Below, piece after piece: positions 47,893 through 56,012 of a stretch of DNA of 64,000 nt. Numbering within the stretch: the first letter of the stretch is position 1; each line of letters starts with the position of its first letter. A program made the position numbers and the translations under genes. Origin of the DNA: Hyphomicrobiales bacterium. Its GTDB lineage: Bacteria; Pseudomonadota; Alphaproteobacteria; Rhizobiales; NORP267. Below the pieces are notes generated by a model, which was given only the letters and a program-made list of their open reading frames with translations, searched no databases and had not been told where the DNA came from. The DNA lies in contig JAUYJB010000177.1 of the NCBI GenBank assembly GCA_030688605.1, positions 11,525 through 75,524 on the forward strand. Reading direction: 5' to 3'.

Positions 47893-48249
47893 GTGGCGCG
47901 TTTTCGTCTCTCGGCGCCGGCCGAAGCCGACCTCGCGGGCATCCTCGCCGCCAGCGCGGCGCGGTGGGGGCCTGAAGGCCGCCGCCGCTACGCCGCCCTG
48001 CTGGCCGCGGCGCTGCGCCGGGTCGCGGCCGATCCCGAAGGCCCGGCGACGCGGGACCGCGCCGACCTCACGCCCGGCATTCGCAGCCTCCATATCCGCC
48101 ACGCGCGCGGCGACGATCCGCGGACGGCGGTGAAAAGGCCGGCGCACATCGACTACTACCGTGCGACACGGCCCGGATCGGTCGAGATCGTCCGCGTGCT
48201 GCACGAACGCATGGAGCCGAGCCGGCATGTGGGCATGGGGGGTGATTGA
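47893..48249 (+). CDS. parE: ParE/RelE-family type II toxin
   Basis: Part of ORF 47812..48249. GTG at 47893, 4 nt after the parD stop. RFRLSAPAEADLAGI N-terminus and IVRVLHERME C-terminus are typical of ParE. Confidence 0.8.
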   Translation: MARFRLSAPAEADLAGILAASAARWGPEGRRRYAALLAAALRRVAADPEGPATRDRADLTPGIRSLHIRHARGDDPRTAVKRPAHIDYYRATRPGSVEIVRVLHERMEPSRHVGMGGD

Positions 48250-48287
48250 CGCGGCCACAGCAAAACGCCGGCGGCCCGCCCGTCGTC

Positions 48288-48480
48288 ATCACCGGGCTTC
48301 GACCCGGTGATCCATGCGGCCGGGCCGCGAATTCACAAGGTCCCGAAGGGATTACGGTGATAGTGCACTCAATTATCTATCGTCACCGCGTGCATTCGGT
48401 TAATTGAGTGCACTGTCACCGTAATTATGTCACCGTAATTACGAATCTTACGGGCTATTTAATCAAACGATTGATTAAAT
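48288..48480. repeat. dense inverted/direct repeat block built on TCACCG / CGGTGA
   Basis: Components: a 9-bp stem ATCACCGGG/CCCGGTGAT (48288..48311); 25-bp inverted repeats ATTACGGTGATAGTGCACTCAATTA (48351..48375) and TAATTGAGTGCACTGTCACCGTAAT (48401..48425) with one mismatch; a tandem TGTCACCGTAATTA x2 (48414..48441); and a palindrome ATTTAATCAA-ACGA-TTGATTAAAT (48457..48480). Confidence 0.85.
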
Positions 48481-48556
48481 CAGAATGGCCGGAACAGGGT
48501 TCAGAACAGCCAGAACCGGTATGGTGGAATCGCCCAACCCATGGAATAAACCCACT

Positions 48557-49558
48557 ATGAGTATAACCAAGAGCATAATTGTGCGGGTTTTCGCCAGCGC
48601 GCTCGTCGCCGTATTCTTTGCACTGCAAGTCTGCGCTGCCCAGGCACAGAACAAGATGCGGATCGCCTTCGCGTGGGTCCCAGCAATCGAATCGCTGCAC
48701 TTTCTCGCAGCCATCGAACGCGCCAGGGAGCGCGGCGTCGATATCGAGGTCTCGTTCAAGCACGCCGAGGACCTCGCCTTCCAGGCCGTCGTCAAAGGCG
48801 AGGCGGATATCGGCATTGGCACGCCGTACCTCTTCATCCAGTTGTTTAAGCCGCGGGTCCGCATGTTTGTGCAACTGTCGAGGCTGCGTTTCTTCCCCGT
48901 CGTCAATTCCGAGTTCTACCAGACATGGGAAGACCTAAACGGCCAGGAGGTAGCCGTTCAGGGGCGCGGGACGGACACCGAGACGATCATGAAGATCATG
49001 GCCGAGAAACATGGCATTACGTACAAGTCCTTCATCTACGGCGGGGGATCAAAGGGACGGGTCGACGCGCTGCTGCTTGGCAAGACCAGAGCCTCGATTC
49101 TCAGCGCATTCCAACGTCACACCCTCGAGAAAGAAGCGCCGGGTAAGTTCAAGGTCCTGCCGCTCGGGGACTTTACGGCCACCGACGAGGCCTTGTTCGC
49201 CAATATCGACTACCTTGCCGCCCACGCAGACGACGTCGATATCCTGGTCGAGGAGTTGCTATTGCGCATCCGCGAAATTGCCGATGATCCGTCCGTCGTT
49301 GTCGAGATGCCCAGGCAATTCAAACTCCTGGCCGCAACCCACAGGCTCACGAACGAAGAAATTCTTGCCTATTTCAAGGAGACCGCCGAGGCCGGTGCTC
49401 TGCCCGTCAACGGCGGCGGCACAGACGCGGCCGAACACGATTTCGAGTTCTACAGTGCTGCGGACCAGCTCCGGGGGGAGCCCTCAAGACTGAATGTTGC
49501 CGATTTTTGGGATCTTGGCCCGCTTGAGCGGGTGCTACAGAAGCTTGGAACCCGGTGA
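48557..49558 (+). CDS. orphan periplasmic substrate-binding protein (NMT1/THI5-like, NitT/TauT-type ABC binding-protein fold)
   Basis: Part of ORF 48485..49558. ATG at 48557 gives the signal peptide MSITKSIIVRVFASALVAVFFALQVCAAQA. Visibly lower GC than its neighbours. No permease or ATPase gene is adjacent. Confidence 0.65.
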   Translation: MSITKSIIVRVFASALVAVFFALQVCAAQAQNKMRIAFAWVPAIESLHFLAAIERARERGVDIEVSFKHAEDLAFQAVVKGEADIGIGTPYLFIQLFKPRVRMFVQLSRLRFFPVVNSEFYQTWEDLNGQEVAVQGRGTDTETIMKIMAEKHGITYKSFIYGGGSKGRVDALLLGKTRASILSAFQRHTLEKEAPGKFKVLPLGDFTATDEALFANIDYLAAHADDVDILVEELLLRIREIADDPSVVVEMPRQFKLLAATHRLTNEEILAYFKETAEAGALPVNGGGTDAAEHDFEFYSAADQLRGEPSRLNVADFWDLGPLERVLQKLGTR

Positions 49559-49620
49559 CCTGAAGACCTGATGTCAGGTGAAATCAGCAAGCGTAGCCCG
49601 ATTGAAATCCGGTTTGACGC

Positions 49621-50391
49621 TCAACCCCCCGCCTTCTTCCCCGGCCGCAGCAGGTGGCGGTGGGCGGGGTCGTAGAGCGCCGAATCGCGGAAATCGTGCG
49701 CGGCCAGCACCGGACCGACGAGGATCAGCGCGGTGCGGGTGATCTTCGCCGCCCGCACCTTTTCCGCGATGTCGGCAAGCGTGCCGCGCAGGATTTTCTC
49801 GTCGGGCCAGCTCGCCCGATAGACGACGGCCACCGGGCAGTCCTCGCCGTAATGCGGCGTCAGCGCCTCGCGAACATGACGCAGATTACGCACCGAAAGG
49901 TGGATCGCCAGCGTCGCGCCGGAGCGGCCCAGCAGCTCCAGGCTCTCCCGCGCCGGCATCTCGGAGGCCTTCATCGCGGTGCGGGTGAGGATCAGCGTCT
50001 GGGCGATGCCGGGAAGCGTCAGCTCGGTCTTCAGCGCGGCGGCGGCGGCGGCATAGGCCGGCACACCCGGGGTCACGTCGAAGGGGATGGAAAGCGCCTT
50101 GAGCCGGCGCATCTGCTCGCCGATGGCGCCGTAAAGCGACGGGTCGCCGGAATGCACCCGCGCCACATCCTCGGCCCTCGCGTGCGCCCGCTCCATCTCG
50201 GCGATAATCTCGTCGAGCGTCATCGAGGCCGTGTCGCGTATGAGCGCGCCTTCCGGCGCCGCGGCGACCACCGCCTTCGGCACCAGGGAGCCCGCATAAA
50301 GGCACACCGGGCAGCGCTTAATCAGGTCGAGCCCGCGCACGGTGATGAGGTCGGCCGCCCCCGGCCCGGCGCCGATGAAATGCACGCTCAC
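49621..50391 (-). CDS. cobM: precorrin-4 / cobalt-precorrin-4 C11-methyltransferase
   Basis: ORF 49621..50391. GTG start overlaps the upstream stop. [18 protein letters not shown] and [11 protein letters not shown] motifs. Confidence 0.92.
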   Translation of the reverse strand: MSVHFIGAGPGAADLITVRGLDLIKRCPVCLYAGSLVPKAVVAAAPEGALIRDTASMTLDEIIAEMERAHARAEDVARVHSGDPSLYGAIGEQMRRLKALSIPFDVTPGVPAYAAAAAALKTELTLPGIAQTLILTRTAMKASEMPARESLELLGRSGATLAIHLSVRNLRHVREALTPHYGEDCPVAVVYRASWPDEKILRGTLADIAEKVRAAKITRTALILVGPVLAAHDFRDSALYDPAHRHLLRPGKKAGG

Positions 50392-52292
50392 GCCGCGCCC
50401 TCCCGCTTGGCGGCGTAGCCGCGCGGCGCGTAGACCCGCGTCGCCCCGTCGCCGCGGGCAAAACCGCGCGTGGTCGAAGAGCCGACGATGACGAGGGTCG
50501 TCATGTCGACCGCTTCGGCGTCGAACGCGTCGAGGGTCGTGACCGTCACATGCTCCTTTTCCCTGCCGAGATGGGCGGCGACGACGACCGGGGTTTGCGG
50601 CGAACGGTGTTGCCGCAAGATCGCCATGGCCCGGTCGAGCGGGTCGCGCCTGCGCTTGGAGCGCGGATTGTAGAAGCAGACCGCGAAATCGGCCTTCGCG
50701 GCGGCGCGCACGCGGCTTTCGATGACGCCCCAGGGGGTGAGCAGGTCGGAAAGCGAGATCAGACAGAAATCGTGGCCGAGCGGCGCGCCGGCCCGCGCCG
50801 CGGCCGCCTGGAAGGCGGAAATTCCCGGCGCGACGATGATCTCGGCGCGGCGCGCGGCATCGCCGATGCCGCTCTCGGTCATGGGATCGAGCAGCTCGTA
50901 AACCAGCGCCGCCAAGGCGTAGATGCCGGGATCGCCGGAGGAGACCAGCGCCACGTCGCGGCCCTGCCCGGCAAGCTCCAGGGCATGGCGCGCCCGCGCT
51001 TCCTCCTCGCCCAGCGCGAAACGGTGCAGGCGAACGCCCCCGAAACGACCTTCAATCGGGTCGCTCCACCCCCTCACCCTACCCGTAGCTGGGTGAGGGG
51101 GTGATCCAACCTCGACCGATGAGACTCCGGTGAGCCCGGCGGCAAGGTCGAGATAGGCGCCGTAGCCGACCCAAACGTCCGCCGCGCGCAACAGATGCGC
51201 CGCCTCGGGGCTCAGCCATGAGGCCGCTCCGGGGCCGATGCCGACGATCGAAAGCCGGCCTCTGGCGCGCCCGATCTGCACCGGATCGAGCGCCCGTTCC
51301 GCCCGGGCGACGGCGCATGTGGCGCGCTTCGACTTGACCTTTTCGACGACGAGCGTCCCTTGCGGCCCGACGGCGGCGAGCGCTGCGGCCTCGGCGACGC
51401 CGGCGACGCCGACCTCGCGCAGGACGGCCTCGGAAGGGTTGACAAGGCGCGGGGTTTCGGCCTCGAGCGCCTGACCGGCGAAGAACCGCGCCGGCACGCC
51501 AAGATGGGCGGCAAGCGTGTGGATCGCCGGCTCGTCGGCCTTGATGTCGAGCGAGCCGACAAGCGCGACCGCCGCTGCGGCGAGATCGTTGCCGGCCAAG
51601 ACGGTCTCGACGAGAGAGATCAACTCCTCACCGTCGCAGCCGCGTTCGCAGCCGACCCCCAGCGCCAGCACCTTCGGGTGATAGACCAGGCGGTCCGGTC
51701 CCCCGGCCACGCGCCGTTCGGTCGCGATAAGCGTAATCGTCCCGTCGCCGGAAAGCGGCAGGCCGCTCTCGGCAAGCCACGGCGCATTGCCCTCGATCCG
51801 CGCGCTCTGGCCGGCAAGCAGCGCCGCCATGACCGGCTTCGCATCCTGCGGGTTGGCCAGGACCCAGCCCTCGGGCGGATCGTCGAGCGCCAGGCCGAAG
51901 CGCGCATCGCTCGCCGTGGTGATCGCCGGGGCAATGCCGAGCGCTGCGCCGATGCGGCCGGCAAGTTCGTTGGCCCCCCTGTGGCCACCGAGCAGCGGCA
52001 CGACCGCCTTGCCGTTCTCGGCAACCGCCACCACCGGCGGCTCGGCGCGCTTGTCCAAAAGCAGACGGGCAAGAGCGCGGATGAGGATGCCGGCGGCGCA
52101 CAGGCCGACGATCGGCGAACGATCGGCAAACAGGCCGGCAAGATGCGTCATGGTGTCGTCGAAGTGAGCGTCAACGCCGTCGACTCGGCCGCTTGCCCCA
52201 TGGATCTCGCCTTCCCCGAGCGCTTCGCGCAATCTGCGCGCGGTGGCCGCCCCGCCAGGGGAAAGCACAACAAAAACAGGCGCTTTCACCAT
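50388..52292 (-). CDS. cobJ: bifunctional CbiG (cobalt-precorrin-5A hydrolase)-like / precorrin-3B C17-methyltransferase (CobJ/CbiH) fusion
   Basis: Part of ORF 50388..52700. ATG at 52292 overlaps the cobI stop. The N-terminal approximately 330 aa are CbiG-like ([25 protein letters not shown] ... [10 protein letters not shown]). The C-terminal half is a TP-methylase (LSIVGIGPG ... [12 protein letters not shown] ... [11 protein letters not shown]). Confidence 0.9.
   Translation of the reverse strand: MVKAPVFVVLSPGGAATARRLREALGEGEIHGASGRVDGVDAHFDDTMTHLAGLFADRSPIVGLCAAGILIRALARLLLDKRAEPPVVAVAENGKAVVPLLGGHRGANELAGRIGAALGIAPAITTASDARFGLALDDPPEGWVLANPQDAKPVMAALLAGQSARIEGNAPWLAESGLPLSGDGTITLIATERRVAGGPDRLVYHPKVLALGVGCERGCDGEELISLVETVLAGNDLAAAAVALVGSLDIKADEPAIHTLAAHLGVPARFFAGQALEAETPRLVNPSEAVLREVGVAGVAEAAALAAVGPQGTLVVEKVKSKRATCAVARAERALDPVQIGRARGRLSIVGIGPGAASWLSPEAAHLLRAADVWVGYGAYLDLAAGLTGVSSVEVGSPPHPATGRVRGWSDPIEGRFGGVRLHRFALGEEEARARHALELAGQGRDVALVSSGDPGIYALAALVYELLDPMTESGIGDAARRAEIIVAPGISAFQAAAARAGAPLGHDFCLISLSDLLTPWGVIESRVRAAAKADFAVCFYNPRSKRRRDPLDRAMAILRQHRSPQTPVVVAAHLGREKEHVTVTTLDAFDAEAVDMTTLVIVGSSTTRGFARGDGATRVYAPRGYAAKREGAA
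51052..51122. repeat. intragenic palindromic element inside the cobJ domain
   Basis: 13-bp perfect stem CACCCCCTCACCC (51067..51079) / GGGTGAGGGGGTG (51091..51103) with an 11-nt loop. Flanked by imperfect outer arms TCAATCGGGTCG / CGACCGATGA. Translated in frame as [25 protein letters not shown]. Confidence 0.6.
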
Positions 52293-52993
52293 GACGGGCT
52301 CCCGGAATAGATCAGGATCATCGAAAAATAAGGCCGTGCGCCTTCGGGAACCTCGCTCAACGGATAGATGCGTTCTTCGGCCAGCGTCGCGCTCTCGACG
52401 ACGGACGCCTTTTCGTCGAGCCCGAGGACGCGCAACAGCGCCCGCAGCCGGTCGAAATGCCGGCCGACCTTGATGATGGCAACGGATTTTGCCCGCCCCA
52501 GCTCCGCCCGCAACTGCTCGTCGTCGAGGGTCCCCGGCAGCACCTTGATCACGTCGTCGCGGGCGGCGAGCGGCTGACGCAGGCGGGCGGCCGCCGCGGT
52601 GAGCGATGTCACGCCGGGGATAACCTCGATTCTGTGCCGCCGCGCCAGCCTGGCGAAGACGTAAATGAAACTGCCATAGAAGAACGGGTCGCCGGCGCAC
52701 AGAAAGACCACGTCGTCGCCCTTGTCGAGCCGCGCGGAAATGGCGGAAATCGCCGCTTCATAGGCGTCCAGCGCCGCGCCCTCGCTGCCGCGCTTGAAGA
52801 TCGGCACCGGCAGCTCCTCGGCGCCTTGGGGGATGTACGGGGCGGCGATCTTGCGCGCCAGGGCGGCGCCTTCCTTGTCGATGGGAAAGGCGATCAGATT
52901 CGCCTCGGAAATCAGCCGCGCCCCCTTGACGGTCAGAAGCTCCGGGTCGCCCGGCCCGACCCCCACGCCGTAAAGAACTCCCTTCTCGATCAT
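52286..52993 (-). CDS. cobI: precorrin-2 / cobalt-factor-II C20-methyltransferase
   Basis: ORF 52286..52993. LYGVGVGPGDPELLTVKG and CAGDPFFYGS motifs. Confidence 0.92.
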   Translation of the reverse strand: MIEKGVLYGVGVGPGDPELLTVKGARLISEANLIAFPIDKEGAALARKIAAPYIPQGAEELPVPIFKRGSEGAALDAYEAAISAISARLDKGDDVVFLCAGDPFFYGSFIYVFARLARRHRIEVIPGVTSLTAAAARLRQPLAARDDVIKVLPGTLDDEQLRAELGRAKSVAIIKVGRHFDRLRALLRVLGLDEKASVVESATLAEERIYPLSEVPEGARPYFSMILIYSGSPSW

Positions 52994-52997
52994 AGGC

Positions 52998-54203
52998 TTA
53001 ACCCTTCACCGCGCGCCATTGCATGACGCTCATGCGAGGCTTCAGGCCGCGCTTGCCGCCGACCGGGGCGAGAGGAGCGATGTCGATGCGGACGAGATCG
53101 CCGCCATATCGCCCCTGGCGGGCGATCAGCGCCGCTTCCCCTTCCAGCGTCACGGAATTGGCGACCAATCGCCCGCCTTGCGGCAAAGCCGACCAGCAGG
53201 CCTCGAACACCGCCTCGTCGGCCACCGCCCCGCCGTGGAATAGGACGTCCGGATGGGCCCTGCCTTGCAACGTCTCCGGCACCTTACCCGCCACGATTTC
53301 TAGATCCGGCACGCCGAGTGAACGCGCGTTCTCTCCGATCAGGGAAACGCGGTTCTGGTCGCGCTCGAAAGCGGTTGCGCGGGCGCCCCTTGCTGCGCGC
53401 ATCCATTCGACGGCGACCGAACCGCAGCCGGCGCCGACGTCCCAAAGCAGCGCGCCCGGCAGGGGCCCCAGGGCCGCCAGGGTCACCGCGCGCACCTCGC
53501 GCTTGGTGATCTGGCCGTCATGGCGGAAGGCTTCATCGGGCAATCCCGGCACCCGCGGCAATAGGACGGCTTCGGGCCCGGCGACACATTCGATCGCCAA
53601 CAGGTTGAATTCGGCGAAGGGTTGCCCGGAAACCTCTTCGGCGCTCAGCGCGACGCTGCGCTCGGCCGCCCCTCCCATATGCTCCAGCACATGCAGGCGG
53701 CTCTTCCCATAGCCCCGGCGCCGCAACAGATCGGCGACCTCGCACACCGTCCCGGCACCGCCGGTCAGCGCCAGGATGCGGGCGCCGGGCGCGATCAGAG
53801 GCGCGATCAGTGCCGCCGGCCGGCCGTGCAGCGACAGGCATTCGACCTCCTGCAGCGGCCAGCCGAGGCGCGCCGCCGCCAGGGCGAAGGCCGACGGCGC
53901 CGGCACGACGCGCATTTCCTCAAGCGGGATATGGCGCAAGAGCGTGCAGCCGACGCCGAAATGCATCGGATCGCCGCTCGCCAGCACCGCGACGGCGCGG
54001 CCGCGCCAGCCGGCGATGCGTGCAATCGTTTGCGACAGCGGCGAGGACCACACATGCAATTCCCGGCCCTCGGGGACAAGCCCCGCAAGCAGGCGTTCCG
54101 CGCCGACGACGATCTCCGCCGCATCGACAAGCGCCTTTGCCGCCGGGGGCAGGCCGGAAACGCCGTCGTCGCCGACGCCGATGACGCTGAGCCACGGTCT
54201 CAT
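52998..54203 (-). CDS. cobL: precorrin-6Y C5,15-methyltransferase (decarboxylating), CbiE/CbiT fusion type
   Basis: ORF 52998..54203. N-terminal TP-methylase (LSVIGVGDDG ... ASGDPMHFG). C-terminal SAM-methyltransferase motif (LWDVGAGCGSVAVE). Confidence 0.92.
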   Translation of the reverse strand: MRPWLSVIGVGDDGVSGLPPAAKALVDAAEIVVGAERLLAGLVPEGRELHVWSSPLSQTIARIAGWRGRAVAVLASGDPMHFGVGCTLLRHIPLEEMRVVPAPSAFALAAARLGWPLQEVECLSLHGRPAALIAPLIAPGARILALTGGAGTVCEVADLLRRRGYGKSRLHVLEHMGGAAERSVALSAEEVSGQPFAEFNLLAIECVAGPEAVLLPRVPGLPDEAFRHDGQITKREVRAVTLAALGPLPGALLWDVGAGCGSVAVEWMRAARGARATAFERDQNRVSLIGENARSLGVPDLEIVAGKVPETLQGRAHPDVLFHGGAVADEAVFEACWSALPQGGRLVANSVTLEGEAALIARQGRYGGDLVRIDIAPLAPVGGKRGLKPRMSVMQWRAVKG

Positions 54204-54826
54204 GCGGCCTCTCCCGCGCTAAGCGCGTTGACCGCGGCGCCGGCCAGCGCCGAGCCGCCGCGCCGGCCGAGAAGCGTCAGGAAGTGCACGCCGCGCGGAT
54301 TTTTCGCAAGCTCGGCCTTGGATTCGGCGGCGCCGATAAAGCCGACCGGAAAGGCGAGGATCGCCGCGGGCTGAGGCGCCCCGGCATCGAGCGCTTCCAA
54401 GAGCGCGAACAGCGCCGTCGGCGCGTTGCCGATGGCGACGACGGCGCCTTCAAGCCGCGCCCGCCACAAGCAGACCGCCGCCGCCGAGCGGGTGGTGCCC
54501 TGCCTTGCGGCCAGATCGGGGACCGAGGGGTCGTTGAGCGTGCAAATCACTTCGTTTGCGGCCGGCAAGCGGGAGCGGATGATCGCTCTTGCCGTCATTT
54601 CGGTGTCGGCCAGGACCGGAACGCCGGCAGAAAGTGCTTGTCTTGCCGCCGCCACGACGCCGGCGTCGAAGCGCAGATCGGAAACAAGGTCGGTCATGCC
54701 GCAGGCATGGATCAGGCGCACGACTACCGGGTCGAGCGCCGCCGGCAGGCCGGAAAGATCGGCTTCGGCCCGGATCGCGGCGAAGGAGCGGGCGTAGATT
54801 TCAGCCGGATCCCGTAGATAATCCAT
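54200..54826 (-). CDS. cobH: precorrin-8X methylmutase
   Basis: ORF 54200..54826. ATGA overlap with cobL. VVRLIHACGM and AIGNAPTAL motifs. Confidence 0.92.
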   Translation of the reverse strand: MDYLRDPAEIYARSFAAIRAEADLSGLPAALDPVVVRLIHACGMTDLVSDLRFDAGVVAAARQALSAGVPVLADTEMTARAIIRSRLPAANEVICTLNDPSVPDLAARQGTTRSAAAVCLWRARLEGAVVAIGNAPTALFALLEALDAGAPQPAAILAFPVGFIGAAESKAELAKNPRGVHFLTLLGRRGGSALAGAAVNALSAGEAA

Positions 54827-54851
54827 CGGCCGGTCCTCTCAGATCCCGCGC

Positions 54852-55850
54852 TCAACCCTCCTTGGCCTTCAGGGTCCTGGGTCCAAGTGGGTGGTCGGCA
54901 TGGGGATAGGGATGACGGTGCGCATGCGCATGGTGGCGATGCGCCCCGGCGGCAAGGCCTTCGACATGATGGTGGTGGCTCTGCTGCGGCAGGCCGACCT
55001 CGGCCTCGAAGCCGGGAAGCGCGTCGCGATATTTGCACAGCGCGCAATTCATCGCCGTGTCGCCGTTCAAGGTCTCGTGCACCCGCTCGATGAAGGTTTC
55101 GACGACAAGCTCGTGGTCGCCGAGATAGGGCGCCTTGACGAATTCGATCTTCGGATGGAGGGCGGCGACCTCGTCGGTATGGGCGTAGATGCGGTTCACC
55201 AAAACGCCGATGAACAGAAAATAGGGAAAGACGACGATGCGTTTGAAGCCGAGCCTTGCCGCGCGCTCCAGTGCCGGGCGAACGAGCGGGAAGGTGACGC
55301 CGGAATAGGCAGTCTCGCCCCAGCCGAAGCCCAGGCCCTCCCACAGCATGCGCATTACCTTGGCGACGTTGGAGTTGGCGTCGGGGTCGGACGCGCCGCG
55401 CCCGACCACGAGCAGCAGCGTCTCGGGCACCGGCACCGCATCCCCTGCCCGCGCCAGCGCCTCCTGGATACGCGCGGCGGCCGCGCCCAGCATCTTGGCG
55501 TCGATGCCGAGCTCGCGGCCATAGTCGATGCGCAGGCCGGGATGGCGGGCGGCATAGTCGTTGAGGAGCGCCGGAATGTCGTTCTTGGCATGGCCGGCGG
55601 CAAACAGCATTCCGGGCACGGCAAGGATGCGCGTGACGCCCCCGTCGCGCAGCCTGTCGAGGCCGTCGCCGATAATCGGCGTTGCGAACTCCAGATAGCC
55701 GTGGGCGAGGGGAACTTGCGCAAGGCGGGTCTTCAGGGCGCCGACCAGCGCCGCGAACTCGGCGACCGCATCGGAATCGCGGCTGCCATGGCCGCAGACC
55801 AAAACCCCGAGGTTTCCGGCTTCGGCGTCGAATTGGGCTGTCGATGTCAT
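54852..55850 (-). CDS. cbiX: long-form sirohydrochlorin cobaltochelatase CbiX-like protein with C-terminal Fe-S motif and His-rich tail
   Basis: ORF 54852..55850. Duplicated CbiX domains (GVLVCGHGSRD ; LLVVGRGASDPDANS). MxCxxC motif (AMNCALCKY). Tail QQSHHHHVEGLAAGAHRHHAHAHRHPYPHADHP. Confidence 0.85.
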   Translation of the reverse strand: MTSTAQFDAEAGNLGVLVCGHGSRDSDAVAEFAALVGALKTRLAQVPLAHGYLEFATPIIGDGLDRLRDGGVTRILAVPGMLFAAGHAKNDIPALLNDYAARHPGLRIDYGRELGIDAKMLGAAAARIQEALARAGDAVPVPETLLLVVGRGASDPDANSNVAKVMRMLWEGLGFGWGETAYSGVTFPLVRPALERAARLGFKRIVVFPYFLFIGVLVNRIYAHTDEVAALHPKIEFVKAPYLGDHELVVETFIERVHETLNGDTAMNCALCKYRDALPGFEAEVGLPQQSHHHHVEGLAAGAHRHHAHAHRHPYPHADHPLGPRTLKAKEG

Positions 55851-56012
55851 AGTCGCCTCCTCGTGCGGAACGCGCGGGAGGCAGAATTCGCATGTGAGGA
55901 GGCCCGCCGGCGGCGGCGGGCTTTTCTTGAAACGCAGCTCCGGACTTGGCCCCCTGATTGGGTCGGCCGCACCGGACTAGCTTTCAGTTCCTCAACGGAA
56001 CGCTGCCTGGCC
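55851..56012 (-). promoter_or_regulatory. structured 5' leader of the cbiX operon with SD-sequestering helices (unclassified; no canonical cobalamin riboswitch recognised)
   Basis: The minus-strand RNA shows three layers. First, a closing stem GCAGC/GCUGC around hairpin GUUCC-GUUGA-GGAAC and an irregular hairpin AGCU..CCGG..GGCC..GGCC..CCGG..AGCU. Second, a GC hairpin GCCCGCCG-CCGC-CGGCGGGC. Third, two anti-SD copies (GCCUCCUC, GCCUCC) complementary to the SD GAGGAGGC that lies 5 nt before the AUG. Confidence 0.4.

Noticed and set aside
48455-48906. Two minus-strand ORFs (139 and 143 aa) in the AT-richer islet
   Set aside because: They are antisense to the binding-protein gene, which has a clear signal peptide and family-like sequence. 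They have no RBS and no recognisable domains.
55902-55928. Plus-strand intrinsic terminator (GCCCGCCG-GCGG-CGGCGGGC followed by TTTTCTT)
   Set aside because: No plus-strand gene ends here, because the region is the 5' leader of the minus-strand cbiX. I treat it as part of the leader structure or as a possible antisense stop, not as a gene terminator.
55851-56012. Canonical cobalamin (B12) riboswitch call for the cbiX leader
   Set aside because: The hallmark conserved blocks (GCCACUG, AGGGAA/GGUG..AA..CC, a full B12 box) are not visible, and the space is too short. It is kept only as an unclassified structured leader. A covariance-model search would be decisive.
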